A stretch of 58,095 bases of DNA from Girardia tigrina (GCA_001938485.1 MQRK01239657.1:1-58095), one strand, 5' to 3'; numbered from the stretch's first letter, positions 38,154 through 52,540 are shown. The notes: generated from the sequence alone by a model not told the origin. Translations and numbers: made by a program.

Positions 38154-38922
38154 CCCTGCTTTATGGATAGAAGGTACCACTGCTTACTTACTGCCACCTT
38201 ATTAAATTTTTTTTGGACCCTGAAATTTTATGTTTTTTCTTCTGAGGTGCCATATTATTATATATTTTTATACTTTTTTATATTTTTTAATAAATTTTTT
38301 TAATAATGTTTTAATGTTAACTGCTGAAGTCAAATCGAAATTTGTTGCAAATGGAACCTTAATGGCCATGATTCCAAGTGGATTAACGAAAAAAATGCAA
38401 GTTTTGGATATTAGTGTCAACAAATCATTTAAAGCTCATTTACGTCGTCATTGGGAAAATTGGATGATTAATGGTTATAAGCAATATACGAAATCAGGAA
38501 ATTTGAAGAGAGCTTCATGCGAAGAGATTTGTTAATGGATATCAGAGTCGTGGGATTTAGTTCCAGTTTCTGTCATCAAAAATGGCTTCAAGAAGACCAT
38601 AATCAATTTTTATCCGAATGAACACGAAGACGTTGAAGATGTAGTTATTGTGGAAAACGATGAAGAATCTGAAGAATCTATAGATGAGGTAGATGAAGAT
38701 CAAGGTATTCGTGAGCAGCTCATTGATATTTTGATGGATGAAAATAATTGTGGTAGCGAAGATGAAGATTATGATGATTAAAAATATAATTGAAAAAGAT
38801 GGAAATTTTTTTAAATTTTTGTTTCGTTTTACTAAGGTGCCACTGTTTACTAAGGTGCTTTCGGGGTAAAATTTTGTCTTTTTAAATCTACTAAGATGCC
38901 ACCATATAACCATAAAACAGGG
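38154..38922 (+). mobile_element. Internally deleted pogo/Tigger-like DNA transposon
   Basis: TA-flanked TIRs CCCTGCTTTATGGATA / TATAACCATAAAACAGGG. DDE_1-type C-terminus IPSGLTKKMQVLDISVNKSFKAHLRRHWENWM...W followed by an acidic tail. Confidence 0.88.
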
Positions 38923-39299
38923 TACGCAAAAATACGCTCTGTTGAAAACGAAAATGTGCAGAGCAAATCGAACCCATGATCCATCTAATGAATAACATTA
39001 TTTTGCGTGCAATACCACTCCTTTCTTACACTTCAAATCGCTTTAAGATAATTGAAAAAAATAAAATATTCATACCCTCGGTCAAGAATAGTCCGGGAAT
39101 CATATAATTATGTGTATATAATCTTTAAATATATCTCAAATAATTGAGCAAAGAATTTAACTTATTCCTCTCAATAAATAAATCGTGTATTATGTTCGTT
39201 CCACCTTTATATTCGTACAACTATTTTGCATTTTTTTTCTTTTTGATGTTTGTTACATATACATTTTCTATACTTAATTATGATGTAAATCAACAACTG

Positions 39300-40030
39300 A
39301 TCTAAATGTATATATTATGAATGACCTAGCCTCTCATCCAAGTCCATCCGATGGACAAATAACTTTGAGTATCATTATAAACTACTTCAATAGTTAAATA
39401 ACAAAGTATTTATTTTGCTGAAAATGGAAAAAAATGCCAGATGGAGAATAAATTTTTATCCATAATTTGTCAATTGTGTAATAACTCACGACACTGAATA
39501 AAGCATTTTAACTATTTGTAAAATGTAATAGTTGTTACATTTCATTAGGTAAATTAAAATGAAATTTCTTTGGTTCTTATCAAATTTACAGATTCTTCAT
39601 CATTTCATTGGTAATCCGACCCAGTAACATGAGGCGTGCACCTGTTGACAGTAAACAATCGAATTAATATCGTTTTACATTTTCTATTACAGCTCAGTAG
39701 AATATTTGTTAAAAGTTTAACTTCTCAAAGATTTGAAGAAAGTTAGCAATTCACAAATGGGTACCGACCAGTTGAGCAGGCCTGAAATTCATCACTTGAT
39801 AAAAGTAATTAAAAGATCATGTAGTCATTCACGAGGCATCGGATAGGAGTTTGAGTTTCTAATTTTGGAGTCTCTTTGGTGCCCCACGTAATGAATAATA
39901 GTCAATATATAGTTTTGAAGATCTATTTCCTCTAAAGAGATTGAATTTAGAATATTTTTGTACAGTCAATTCTTTTCAGTAAGTCCAAACCATTAATTTA
40001 CAAATATTTTCCGACTTTTTCTAACACAAG
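39300..40030 (-). mobile_element. Highly decayed Gypsy-like RT/RNase H remnant
   Basis: Only fragmentary motifs on the minus strand (LVNDY-like, VHASCY.VG for DAS..G.G, NYG*KFILH) with many disruptions. Confidence 0.35.
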
Positions 40031-40115
40031 AGATTAAGGATTTTTTGGTAAGATAAAAAAATAATTATAATTAAAATAAACATATATTCATATATACCGC
40101 ATATATATATATATA

Positions 40116-40372
40116 CACTCAGGTGCAAAATAAATCGGGCACTTGGGTGTCTTTTAAAAAATCAATTATATCTGGCACAATTTGCGTTATCTGTGCGCCG
40201 TTTTTGTTCAGTTCATCTGNNNNNNNNNNNNNNNNNNNNNNNNNNNNNNNNNNNNNNNNNNNNNNNNNNTATTTAAAAAAAAACAAATCACCGCTCTACA
40301 TTAAATATTCCATGAGTTATAATCGATTCTTTAAAAGTCGCTCAAGTGCCCGATTTATTTTGCACCTGAGTG
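40116..40372. mobile_element. Tc1/mariner-type element ends or MITE (spans N gap)
   Basis: About 60-bp TIRs beginning CACTCAGGTGCAAAATAAATCGGGCACTTG, inserted in (TA)n. Confidence 0.85.
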
Positions 40373-42187
40373 TATATATATATATATAATATTTAGAAAC
40401 TAGAGTATATCGTTTTATATAATCTACTTGAAAAGTACAGTAAACCATTTAAGTGGACGCTTTACTTTACTGAAAATCTTCTAAATCACTTTTAACTCTA
40501 CTAACAGTTCTGAAATATACATAGCATTAAATAGTATAGTAGAAATAGTATAACATTTGAACACTAGATACGAATTATTTTTTAATCAGTTTTTCTAACA
40601 CTTTTTTTCAAATCTCGCGATGTAATTTCTGACCACTTTATGATGTCGTAATGCGCTGAAATTTTGCATAAATGCTCATTCTCAATGACAATATAATATT
40701 CAATAGTTTTTAAATGCTACTAAATGATTTAGTTGAAACATTCATCATTTTTTTCATTTGTAAATATTTTTGGGATACGGGCTGTGTCACACGCTACCAT
40801 CCGTCATCCTATTATCTTTCTTCATTTAATTTTCCGCAAAAAAAATCGATAATGAGAACCATTTCAGTTCCAAGCGGTCATGTTAAAACTTTCTCTGTCT
40901 CCTCATTCCAGTATGGCGCAAATTCCACTGCTCTGACATATTCATCACAGTTAAAATTTCGTTGAATCGTCGATAAGGTCAACTTTATATAGGTGATAAT
41001 ATATTATCAAAGACGATTTACTTCGTCATGGACAAGTCCCAGCGATGAAATATTTACACCCCTGAGATGATGGACAGGGTCCTTTTTCTTGGTACCGGTC
41101 TCGGTGATGTTCTGGGTATTTATTTTTTTCTGAAAATTAAATTAAATAAATAGAATAACGGATAGTAGCAACCGAGTTTCAAAACAGTCATATATGGGTT
41201 GTGCTTTCAAATTCTATTTAAATATTTCCAAGTACATCTTTTAGAACACAAAGTGTCGTCATAATGTAATGTTTTTCCACAACATCACTTTCATATTTTC
41301 GAAGAGAAAGAATAGTTTCATTAAAAAATTTCTAACTCTTCCTAAAGTATCAATATAAGTCTAAAAATTAATGATTTTACTTAGACTTTTTTATCGAGCA
41401 TCTTACCCAGCCTCCTATAACTGCGAAAATGCAACACTCTGTCTAATAATGAGCCATTGTAACCATGATCTCAAACCAAATATTCAGAATAAAATTTCAG
41501 AAACAAAGCGAGTATTTTAATTGAACAACATTAACGTCGATGGAAGATCGCAAATTGCGATTCACAATATATAAGTGCTAGAGAGCCGCTGTTCGTAGTT
41601 TACCCACCTCTTATACAGTCTCTCATTATTCCTTGGACAATCTTTGACAACTGATAGTAAGTTTCCTGCCAAGGCTTTTTAATGAACTACGTGACTTGGC
41701 TTGAAATTTTTCAGTCTATTAATAACATCTAACAAAATAAGCAATTTGAATTGTATCATTAAAAAATAATTGGATGTCAATGATTGTAATTAATTTGTCA
41801 CATGTATAAATTCCATTTGGTTAGTTAACATTTAAAGACGTCAAGTTTTGAATGCAAATATTAATGGAAACGTTAACGTATATTTATAAAAAACTGAATT
41901 GTTATCTCTAGAAAAACACGATCTTGAAATATCTTCATTGGAATGAATCACTTCGATATGATTCTGTTATTTATCTCAACGATACCTGTGGGTGAAGGTA
42001 TAAGGTATATGAAGCAGATTATTCATTATATTTGCTCATGTCAAATATTCATCATTTAAGACAATTTAATATGTTTTTAAGTTTTTGAGATTCTGTCTTA
42101 GAAGTATTTATTTATAAAAACTCAGAAAGATATTAATAAATTATAAAAATTAATATTAATATTTTTCATATTTAAAATGTTGATCAA

Positions 42188-42654
42188 TGTGACGTATGTT
42201 TGGTGTGTTAATGTTTTTGTGCAGTGTTTGCATGTTTAAATGTTGTGTGTTGATTTGGGATTGTGCCTCTCCTAACCAGATGGATGATTAATATTTAATT
42301 TCTTATAATCTGAAACTAATTTATTCAAATTTAGATTTAATATTCAAATTTTTAGTTTTTATTATTGTAACTTTTAAATAATTTTATTGATTTTATTTTT
42401 TGTAAATTTTTAAATAATTAAAATCAAATTAATGTTTAAAAATGATTATAAAAAATAATTTTATTTTAGCAAATAAAAATTAAATTAAATAATTTAAATA
42501 AAATAATTTTCTTCAAGTTCGTTCAGTTAGAATGATTTAGTATTAGACATTGAGTGATGAATTTAAGTGAGAGCAATACCTATTGTTTGACATAAAGATG
42601 ATCAAAATTGTGAATGTAATAAATGTTCTGTCAAATGTGTGAGTTCTTTTAACA
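42188..42654 (+). mobile_element. Solo-LTR-like dispersed element, copy 6
   Basis: TGTGACG...TTAACA with TSD ATCAA/ATCAG. Family motif GGATTGTGCCTCTCCTAACCAGATGGATGATT. Confidence 0.83.
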
Positions 42655-43789
42655 ATCAGAAAATAAAAGTTTTATTTTCCATGTGTTTTGATCTTACATA
42701 TAATCAAAAATATTACTTTTTCTTGCTAGTATAATTAACATTTTGTACAATGTGTTATCGTTTGATCTTTAATCTTTGATTAATATTTTCGAAATGTACT
42801 TTTAAAGAATTTAGCAGGTTTTATTAGGTTAATAATTTTTATTTTTTTAATTAAACAATTCTAATAACAACCAATATATAGGTCTGTTAAAAACATTTTA
42901 CAAGCCCATACTATATCATATAAAGTGTTTATACTTCAATAATCGAATGTAATAATGTAAAAGGTGTTGTTTATATCTTAGATTACATTTTGAATATAGC
43001 AAGTAACCTCAGTTTTCGGAATAAAATTTCAGAAATAAAGTGAGTCTACTAGAGCAACATTAGCATCGATGTAAGATTGCAATGTATATACGAGAGCCGC
43101 TGATCGTAGCTTACCCACCTACTAGTTATACTATTCTACTCTAATTTTCGCACAAATTTTAAATACATCTGTCATATTGCGTTCTTTTATTGGCGTTGAA
43201 AAAAATTTAAAGAATGTTAAAATATTTATTAAAAATATATTAAAATATTTATTCCATATATTTATTATTTATTTAGTGACCGAAAAATCTCGGCTTAATA
43301 ATATAATAATTAATAATTAATAATAATTTTCGTTTAAATCCAGAGATATTAAAAATAGGCATTATTAAAAAATACACAAAAAACATTAAAAATAAATTTT
43401 AATAAATTGTATTTCGATGGTTTTACTCTCATCATCACATCTCTGATTTGTACTTTTTACAGATCAAAGTTGTGTATTTAAATTTCATGTTGAAAACACA
43501 CTATTAAATTTAATTCATTTATTAAAATATGGGTTTAAACATTCAATTAAAATAAGTTTCATGTGAAATTTCAAAGGGATTTTAGATTTTATGCTAAGAA
43601 TCCTATCTATTTAAATCATAATTTAGATTTTGAAACACTCTTTAAATTAAAATTCCAATGAATACTCAAATGAAAACCTTAAACAACATTTTTTGTATTT
43701 GAAAAATTTATCTTAAAATATTCGAATTTGTAAATGTGATAACGTAAATATATTATTATTTATACTATTATTTATCATAAATAATTCAG

Positions 43790-44170
43790 ATTACATAATT
43801 AAAAGATCCATTTATAAATTGAACTCAATTCCTTTTTTTTGCTAAAAAGAACTCTTCAAAGATGGTCACATTCGGAAACATTTTCGATATTCTTCATGAT
43901 TCTGACTAGTCAAATTATCTGGAATATGATATAATTCTTGCTATATCTTTGAAAAGTAATAGGTATTCTAAGTCTTTGCGGAAACTCACTCGAGAGACTA
44001 GATAAAATCATTAAAAGAGAACAAAGTAAGAATACTTAGTCAATAAAAATCTTACGAAAAGCATTCTAAAAGCAACAAATATTTTAAATTAAAAAAATTT
44101 ATCTCAGTCATATAAGCTTGAGATCATGTTTAGCAATAAATCACCTACTCCTTTGAGTCTATTCAGACAT
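43790..44170 (+). mobile_element. Decayed Penelope-like RT thumb/linker fragment
   Basis: LKSNRYSKS (LxxNGYP-like) and MFSNKSPTPLSL, which matches MFSNKSPTPLGL of the opposite-strand ORF at 44680-45051. Confidence 0.55.
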
Positions 44171-44679
44171 TGTTTATATTGCTGTGCATAGAAAACCTGT
44201 AAATTCTGTGCCGAAATTTGCAAAATTATTAGTAAAATGCAAATAAAAAAACTAAAACAAAATTATTAGTGTCATTTTAATAAGATCTCGCGATTCCAAT
44301 GTTAAAATGTAACTCAATCAAAAGTGAAGATTTTTCAATTAATCTTGCGTAAGTGATTGTACAATCATCACATGTTTAAGCATTAAAAAGCATTAAACAG
44401 TCGAAATATATGTTTAAATATATATTTTTAATGAAGTTTTTGTGTATTTAAAATTGCAATTATTTTGTAATTTTTAATAATTTTTACAAATAATCAAGAT
44501 ATTATTAACAATTATAGACTTTTTTCATTTAATTATTGAAAAGTGAACGCCATTTTTCACAATTTATTTTCGTAATTAATATCGGCGGATTACCCGCCAT
44601 CTTCGAACTAAATTAACACTGGCTTTTTGCAGCTTATATATGAGAATATGATTATGCAATCAATCATGTAATAAAGGCT

Positions 44680-45051
44680 CTATTTGAAAATGTTTAACAG
44701 AGAAGTTGAGTGTGAAGCTTGAATATTAATTTTTGGATCCATGGATCTTATTAATAAGACCTCACGCGTTACTCTCTCCCAGTAATTTTTAAATCGATTA
44801 CACAGAATTTTAAAATCATTTTCTTCGATTTTCTTTTTACATTTTAAATTATGTTCGGCAATATTGCTCCCATTATGCAACTGACTATGCTCTTTGATCC
44901 GTTTGCAGAGATGACGAGATGTCTCTCCAATGTATGTGGCGTTACACCCATTACATGTATATTTATAAACAAGATTGGAGCACAAACCGAGAGGAGTGGG
45001 AGATTTATTACTGAACATATCACGAATTTTTTCATTAAATTTTTTTTTCAT
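44680..45051 (-). mobile_element. Penelope-like element 3' end, GIY-YIG endonuclease domain (5'-truncated)
   Basis: LVYKYTCNGCNATYIGETSRHLCKRIKEH...EH...EVLLIRSMDPKIN: GIY-YIG with the CxxC/H/H pattern typical of PLE endonucleases. Confidence 0.9.
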
Positions 45052-45786
45052 TTAAATTGAAGTTTTTAGAATTAGATTTTTCTGTAATTAATGTATGTAT
45101 AGTTTTCGATTACTCTGTAAAAATGTCATGAGAAAATTACATAACGAACCATAAAATCGGAGTATAAAGACTCAGACTCCGAGATTTCGTAACATAGGGA
45201 TTGGAAACGACAATCTCATGTGGCATGCAAATGAATTCCAGTAAAATTTGTACAGATCATTTTATAAAAAATAATTAATGAATCTGTGATATCATTTGTT
45301 TAAATTAAACGTTTAAGTCAGCTTTTCGTGGTCAGGTTGAACAGAACAGTTGATTTCACGGGTTCGGATTTGCGTGACAAGGGTCCAGGAATTCATTACG
45401 ACATTAATTTATTCAATTTTAACGATGATTCATGTTTTTATTTGCTCTTTTTCAAAATTGCTTGTTTTATGAAGATTTATTTGAAACCAATATTTACACT
45501 TCTACTGATATTTCGGATTTAAATATTTATTCAGTAATTTATTTTGAATGCTTGTTAAATGAAAGAATATTGCGTTTGAGTCTTAATATAAAAAAATCAA
45601 TAAAAAATTATGATTTGGGGGTAAAGGAGAAAATATTTCAGAGATTTGATTAACAATAGTCTTGCGAGTTCAAAAATTTTTTTTAGTTTTTTACCCAACC
45701 ATTCGGTAATTATGGAATAAATTGTGTATTATATGATTAACGATAAGAACATAATGTTTAACAATGATAGGAAACGTTTTATTGTA

Positions 45787-46875
45787 TTAGGTTGTTCGAT
45801 ATGAAAAGGGTCAAAATTAAAGTAAAATGTAAATCGATTTTTTTTAAATAATAACATTTTATTTTTAATCAAAATATCCCCCCATGTTTTCAACACACTG
45901 TTGCCATTTCAATGGTAACACATTTANNNNNNNNNNNNNNNNNNNNNNNNNNNNNNNNNNNNNNNNNNNNNNNNNNNNNNNNNNNNNNNNNNNNNNNNNN
46001 NNNNNNNNNNNNNNNNNNNNNNNNNNNNNNNNNNNNNNNNNNNNNNNNNNNNNNNNNNNNNNNNNNNNNNNNNNNNNNNNNNNNNNNNNNNNNNNNNNNN
46101 NNNNNNNNNNNNNNNNNNNNNNNNNNNNNNNNNNNNNNNNNNNNNNNNNNNNNNNNNNNNNNNNNNNNNNNNNNNNNNNNNNNNNNNNNNNNNNNNNNNN
46201 NNNNNNNNNNNNNNNNNNNNNNNNNNNNNNNNNNNNNNNNNNNNNNNNNNNNNNNNNNNNNNNNNNNNNNNNNNNNNNNNNNNNNNNNNNNNNNNNNNNN
46301 NNNNNNNNNNNNNNNNNNNNNNNNNNNNNNNNNNNNNNNNNNNNNNNNNNNNNNNNNNNNNNNNNNNNNNNNNNNNNNNNNNNNNNNNNNNNNNNNNNNN
46401 NNNNNNNNNNNNNNNNNNNNNNNNNNNNNNNNNNNNNNNNNNNNNNNNNNNNNNNNNNNNNNNNNNNNNNNNNNNNNNNNNNNNNNNNNNNNNNNNNNNN
46501 NNNNNNNNNNNNNNNNNNNNNNNNNNNNNNNNNNNNNNNNNNNNNNNNNNNNNNNNNNNNNNNNNNNNNNNNNNNNNNNNNNNNNNNNNNNNNNNNNNNN
46601 NNNNNNNNNNNNNNNNNNNNNNNNNNNNNNNNNNNNNNNNNNNNNNNNNNNNNNNNNNNNNNNNNNNNNNNNNNNNNNNNNNNNNNNNNNNNNNNNNNNN
46701 NNNNNNNNNNNNNNNNNNNNNNNNNNNNNNNNNNNNNNNNNNNNNNNNNNNNNNNNNNNNNNNNNTATCTGTCAAGAAATACCTTATTTATTTTCATACG
46801 ATAGTTCAAAGTTAAGTTATACGCGATTGAAATGTAAGGTGTGAAGTTTGACCCGTTTCATATCGAACAACCTAA
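45787..46875 (-). mobile_element. Mariner element, interior mostly in N gap
   Basis: TA-flanked TIRs TTAGGTTGTTCGATATGAAAAGGGTCAAA / TTTGACCCGTTTCATATCGAACAACCTAA. C-terminus LPLKWQQCVENMGGYFD*. Confidence 0.9.
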
Positions 46876-47006
46876 TAAAACATTTAGATTTTCACCAAAT
46901 CATGTTTCAATCTTGATAGTTATGAAAAGATAATAACTGAAGCACTGTTTTGTTTTATAAAATTTATTTAAATCTACAAAGTTAATCGGGTATGCGACTT
47001 TTAGGC

Positions 47007-47592
47007 ACTGGACCTTTTTTGGTAATATGAAAACAAAATGGAAACGCCCATAGTTCTTTTTGTGGTAATATATATGTAATGCCAAATTCGTGCATTCGGC
47101 ATCCAACCTTCCGAATTCAGGAACTCGACAATTTTTAAAAAAAATTAATTCAATTATGAAAAATTCTGTATTTAATATAAAAAATATCAATTTAATCTGA
47201 AAAATTATGTATTTAATATGAAAACTTATCATTTTCATATGAAAAAATATAAATTAAACTTGAAAAAAATCGTAATTTATTTTGCTAAATACATTCCAAA
47301 TGTAAAATTTTTATTCATAGTTATTTAAACTTCTTCTTTGGTGGCAAGATGAATTGCAAAAGTGTACTTTTAAAACATATTTTATATTAAATATATCATT
47401 TTTCATATTTAATTGATAATTTTTCAAGTTTAATTTATATTTTTTCATAATAAATTGATATTTTTCATATTAAATAGATATTTTTTTATAATAAATATTA
47501 ATATCAATTTCATAATTGAATTGAAAAAAAATTTACCAACAAAAGAACTATGGGCGTTTCCATATTGTTTCCATATTATCAAAAAAGTCCAG
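47007..47592. mobile_element. MITE with about 60-bp TIRs, containing foldback copy B (about 47075-47537)
   Basis: Outer inverted arms GGAAACGCCCATAGTTCTTTT / AAAAGAACTATGGGCGTTTCC. The inner element shares termini, repeat unit and core with 16412-17348. Confidence 0.75.
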
Positions 47593-48417
47593 ATTCCAAG
47601 TTATTCATTATATAATTTTAAAGTATTTTATCATAAAAAAAGTAATGCAATAATCAAACCATATAAACGTTAAGGCTTACTTATTTATTGAATGATATAA
47701 CCATAAAAAGGTGCTACAGATTCTTGAATAAAAATTTTAAATGGGAAATAGAAACTCAAGTATTTTCGAATTTCAGTATTAACTTTGATAAATACCCTAT
47801 TAGGTATTGATAATGTCGGTCAAATTACGGTACATATCTTTCATGATCCAGTTTAATTATTTTACCATTTATATACTCGCAGCGTTGTTGTCAGTTCGGT
47901 TGGAATTTTCGATCGATTTTAAAGTATCTTCCCTTTTTATTGATTGTAGTGGTTTTAGTGGAATACACAAAAGTTAAATAAAAATTGAAAGAGTAGTTAA
48001 ATGAAAGAAGTTTTAGTTTAGGTTTGAGCTGAAGAAATAAGGAAAAAAAGAAAAAAATAATAAAGTTATTAGTAAAAGATAAAAACGTTATAATATAAAA
48101 AGCTCTTTTTATAAATGTGAATATTTAACATTTCACTTTTATGGCAAGTTTTCGCATGGGGATCATTATAATTATGTATTTAGTTATTTTTTATATTGAA
48201 AATGTAATATTCGGATTAAATTTTTGCTTTGTATTTGAATATGTTTATACCATTAATCGTAAATGATGACAAAAATGTTTTATAATATTGGTATTTTTAT
48301 TTTGTAATTCGAAAACTTAATATAATATTATCAAACGAATACACTTTTTTACTGACTGTAAATCACAATTATTTTTCAAGGTCAAATAAAATTAATTAAT
48401 ATTTTTTTAATTTTTTA

Positions 48418-48583
48418 CCCTAATTTATTGTGGATAACCTGCGGAAAAAGACTTTTCGAAAAATTTATGGGTACGGGTTTCACATAATTTACTTACTTAA
48501 ACTTAATTTTCAAAAGGACTATAATGATCGAAAATTGAGATGCGGGTTATACACGGGTGCGGGTTATCCGCAGTAAATTATGG
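48418..48583. mobile_element. pogo-type MITE
   Basis: TA-flanked imperfect TIRs CCCTAATTTATTGTGGATAACCTGC / GCGGGTTATCCGCAGTAAATTATGG with a duplicated TGCGGGTTAT. Confidence 0.7.
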
Positions 48584-50393
48584 TAATTATATTTTAATTT
48601 CGTGAAAATTAAATAAAAATGTCTATAATTTTGTTGTAAATATTAAATCGTTTTCTGCGTTTCTATTTCAAAATATCACAATTCATACAAAAATCGATCT
48701 TATCTTGTGGTTTTTTACAATAGAAATTTGGAGGATAAGTATGATCCAAATGTTCTTTTCTTCTGTTGCAATATTGTCAGTATTGTAAATCAAGTTTAAT
48801 AATTCCAAATAAAATAAGAATCCATTTTTAAGAAGCATTTAAAAATATTTATTTATAATTTATAAAGACGAATTGTAACTATTACATTTCCTCTTAGAGA
48901 ACGAGCAAAATCTTCATAAATCTTGCTGTAAATTGTTGCATATTTTTTGGCTTGTGAATATTTCGGATGAAACACTTTTAAAAACGAAATATTCTTTTTG
49001 AGATTTTGTTCGTTTTAGGTTATTCTTTCTATTCTTGCAATCCTTTGAGATTTGGGGTGTTTAAAATGTAAGATTAAATTGTTATTTTATTTTATTTTGG
49101 ACTGCATTTATAAAAAATTCCTTAGAACCACATCAAATGATATGTAAAAATTCAGTAAATTACGTCTTTTTTCCAACTTCTTTTTCAATTTGTCCGAAAT
49201 TATACGAATTATATTATTTAAAAATGCACTTTAAATAAAAATAATTGAATTTATTACATCTAATTTATTTTGGTAACAATCTATAAACAGTTAGAAATTA
49301 TATTTTTTAGTAAAGCGATTTAATTGTATAATTAACTTTCTTCTCATTGAAGAAAATCAATATTCTTTTTTGCAGGAAAAGGGTTAGAAAAAACAATAAA
49401 AGAGTTATTTGAAGAAAATTAATTACTCTTTATTTAAAAAAAAGTAATATACATTTAAAAATTAAAATGAAGTCGTACCAAATATTATGGAAATATAATT
49501 AAATATTCTTGAAAGTTAATATAATATAAATATTTACATAAAATATCATGATTGATATTTATTAGACGTTGAGTTTGAAATTTCTTTAGAAAATTTATTT
49601 TCATGTAAAATATAATATTATATTCAAATTATGAAAAAAAATATTTTTCATTTGCAAAGTTTTGTGTTTAAAATTGTCCGTGAATCTGTTCTTAATTTTG
49701 TTAAATATTCTTTTGAAAAACCTTGCGACAGTATACAGCCGGAAGGAAGTATGAAAAGGAAAACTGAAACTCTGCCACCACGAGTGTTTACTTTGTGATT
49801 CACGCACTCTAATTGCCGTACTCGGGCAATTCTCTTCAATTTCCTTTCTTCAGCGTTTTGGCTCTTAATCAAGTTTGGAAAATTTTTTTGTATACTTTTC
49901 AGTCAAATGGAATTGTTTTTTCATTAAATTTGAAGTTTCTTAGAATTTGTACGATTTTTTGTGTGATATTGTTATAATAAACATGAAATTGAGTTGTAAT
50001 GGATAAAAGTTTGTTTTGCTATGATGATATCGGTCAAGATTATATTATTTATTCAAATAATACATGTGTTGAAATGCGTTCTTTTATCTGAAAAAGTAAA
50101 TAATGATTAAATTGAGACTAAAGTCATAATTGAAATGCTGAAAATATTTTAGTGCAAATTTATTAAATTAACCTATTTTACAAATTATTAAATAAGGACG
50201 GTGGTGAAAATTTCTCTTTTTTTAATTTTTCTATATCTGTAAATCTTTTGCTTTTCCCCGAAATTCAACAATAAATGGATTTTTGGATAATTTAATTAAA
50301 TAAAATTTTTTTTTAATTTATATTTTTGTTAACGACTTGAATAATTATAGCTATTTGTTGTTTCCAACATGGTATATTTTATTAAAATGTTGT

Positions 50394-50865
50394 TATTAAC
50401 AAACATCAATATGATTTTTCGAAGATTTATTAATATCACAAACAGAATTTTTAGGACAACAATTATTTAAACTCCTTCGACATTTTTTCTTGATTAATAT
50501 AATTAATTATACTAATGTTACAATAAATGAAAATTGTTTATTAATAATTATTAATTATAAAAATTATAATAAATGAAAATTGTTTATTAATAATTAATTA
50601 TAAAAATTATAATGTTTAAATTAAATCTAAACATTTGTTAAAAGTACCAATTAAATTAACATATTAAAACTTTAAATTACATTATAAATTAGATATTACA
50701 TTCAAAAATTATTTTAAATCTTTTTACTTTAAAATTAAATTAAATTATTTTTAATTAGTAAGAATCAAAAAATACCAATCATCCATCTGGGTAGCAGAGA
50801 CACAATCCGAATCAACATACAACATGCCAATATAAAACAACAAACAATTCAAAACATTCCTCACA
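50394..50865 (-). mobile_element. Solo-LTR-like dispersed element, copy 7
   Basis: Minus strand runs TGTGAGGAA...GTTAATA with a perfect TSD GTTGT/GTTGT. Confidence 0.87.
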
Positions 50866-51239
50866 GTTGTAAAATATATTTTGTTTTTACGTGAACTTCA
50901 TCAGATGGTTCTATCTTTGACAAGTGCTAAATTCTTCAAATAAAATTCCTGATTTAATACGAAAATTTCCATCGCAAATCATGACAATGTTCATTACTTT
51001 CCCTGACAGCAAAGTCACCGTCAGTTCGTTTTTAATGGTCAATCAGTTATTGCTATTCGAAAATTTTACAACACTTAATGGGAATATTTCGTCGAATTAG
51101 ATCATAATATAACGATTTTGATGACTGTTAATACACTTAGTCATATATCGTTTATTGTGCGTCCTTTATCGACACGAATCAAATTTGTGTTGAGTCATTA
51201 GCGATATTTTCCGATTACCATCCTGTGGCTTTGCGATGT

Positions 51240-51482
51240 TCTGGAAAAGGAAAATGAAGTTGTATAGAAATGTATTTATATGACACTGATACCATCCAAA
51301 GAGTTCCGTAACGCACCTATGAAGAAATTCCGAAAATTATCTTGAGAAGGCATTTGAATCATTATTGAGTCGCTATAAGAAGTGTACTGAATCAGCAAGA
51401 GCATATTGTGAATAAAGTAAAAAAGAGATTGTTTTTTTTCTTTTGTACATCATCAGTCCCGGAATTTCATTTTCGCACTGTA
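51240..51482 (+). mobile_element. Mariner 3' fragment
   Basis: IPKIILRR / LEKAFESLLSRYKKCTESARAYCE* C-terminus followed by the TIR-like CAGTCCCGGAATTTCATTTTCGCACTGTA. Confidence 0.6.
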
Positions 51483-52540
51483 TAATCTAATAATTGTATA
51501 ATTTTATAAAGATGAACTAATTATAAAACTAAAAGGTTGAAGGTTTGCCACCACAAATTGGCGCAGTTTTTGAAGAATATAAAAATATTGAAGAAATAAA
51601 AATAATTAAAAAGAATGAATTGTTATCAATTTAAATAATATTCATTAACATCATAAATCAATTATTTTCAATAAAAGCATTAAAATTTTTTACTGGAAAA
51701 TAAAAGCTAGAATATTTACAATACCAAATTAATTTTCTTATGTTTCAATCTAATGTTATTTAAGAAATGTTTATAAAGTTTAACATTAAGATACAAATTA
51801 ACATTTAATATAATAAATAATTATATATGTACATATATTTTTTATATTTTATTTTACAAACAAAATATTCAATGTTGTATCAGTTTGCTATTCTCATAAT
51901 GGGCATTTAATAAATGGTTAAGGTGTTTGATCAACAACCCCTTTAAGAAGACTGAAAATGGACTATAGACTTTTTTTTATAAATATATACTTCGAATAGA
52001 AAAGCAAATTTAATTTATTCATTTTAATAATATTAATTAAAATGAATTTTTTTATATTTCTGAGATTCCTGATTTTTTTAAATTAATTTTTTCACGTTAT
52101 TTTTATTTCTTTTTAAGATTTGTTAATTTACTGGCGATTATGATACAGAATTTCCAGCACATTTATACAGAAGTTCAGTATAAGTTTTAAAATATTTAAA
52201 CTTCTTCAAACCTATTGTTTACGAAACATTTGCTTCAAAAACTGTTTGTTGAAATTACAATGTCAGGTTCATGATCTTAATTCATGATTTTAAACATTAA
52301 TAATCTCACATTGTTTTTAATAAGTTTAAATAATTTTATGAAACCCTCGTTGAAAGATACCGAATTCTAAGAGGATTAAAAAATTAACAATAGAAACTTC
52401 TCTTCTTTTTTTTCATTCTTCATATTGTTACTTAACTGTGTTTTTATAGAATTTCTAGTACTTAAGCAACATTGAGAAAGCATTAATTAATTTAAAAAAA
52501 AATTTATGAAAATAAATTGCTTTCATTACTGATTTTTTAG

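Noticed and set aside
31327-46844. Long ORF-track entries at 31327-32064, 40123-40389 and 45865-46844
   Set aside because: Artefacts of translating through N gaps.
52118-52177. Exon-like segment upstream of USP exon 5
   Set aside because: The phase-0 frame hits a stop at once, and exons 4 and 5 already join in frame.
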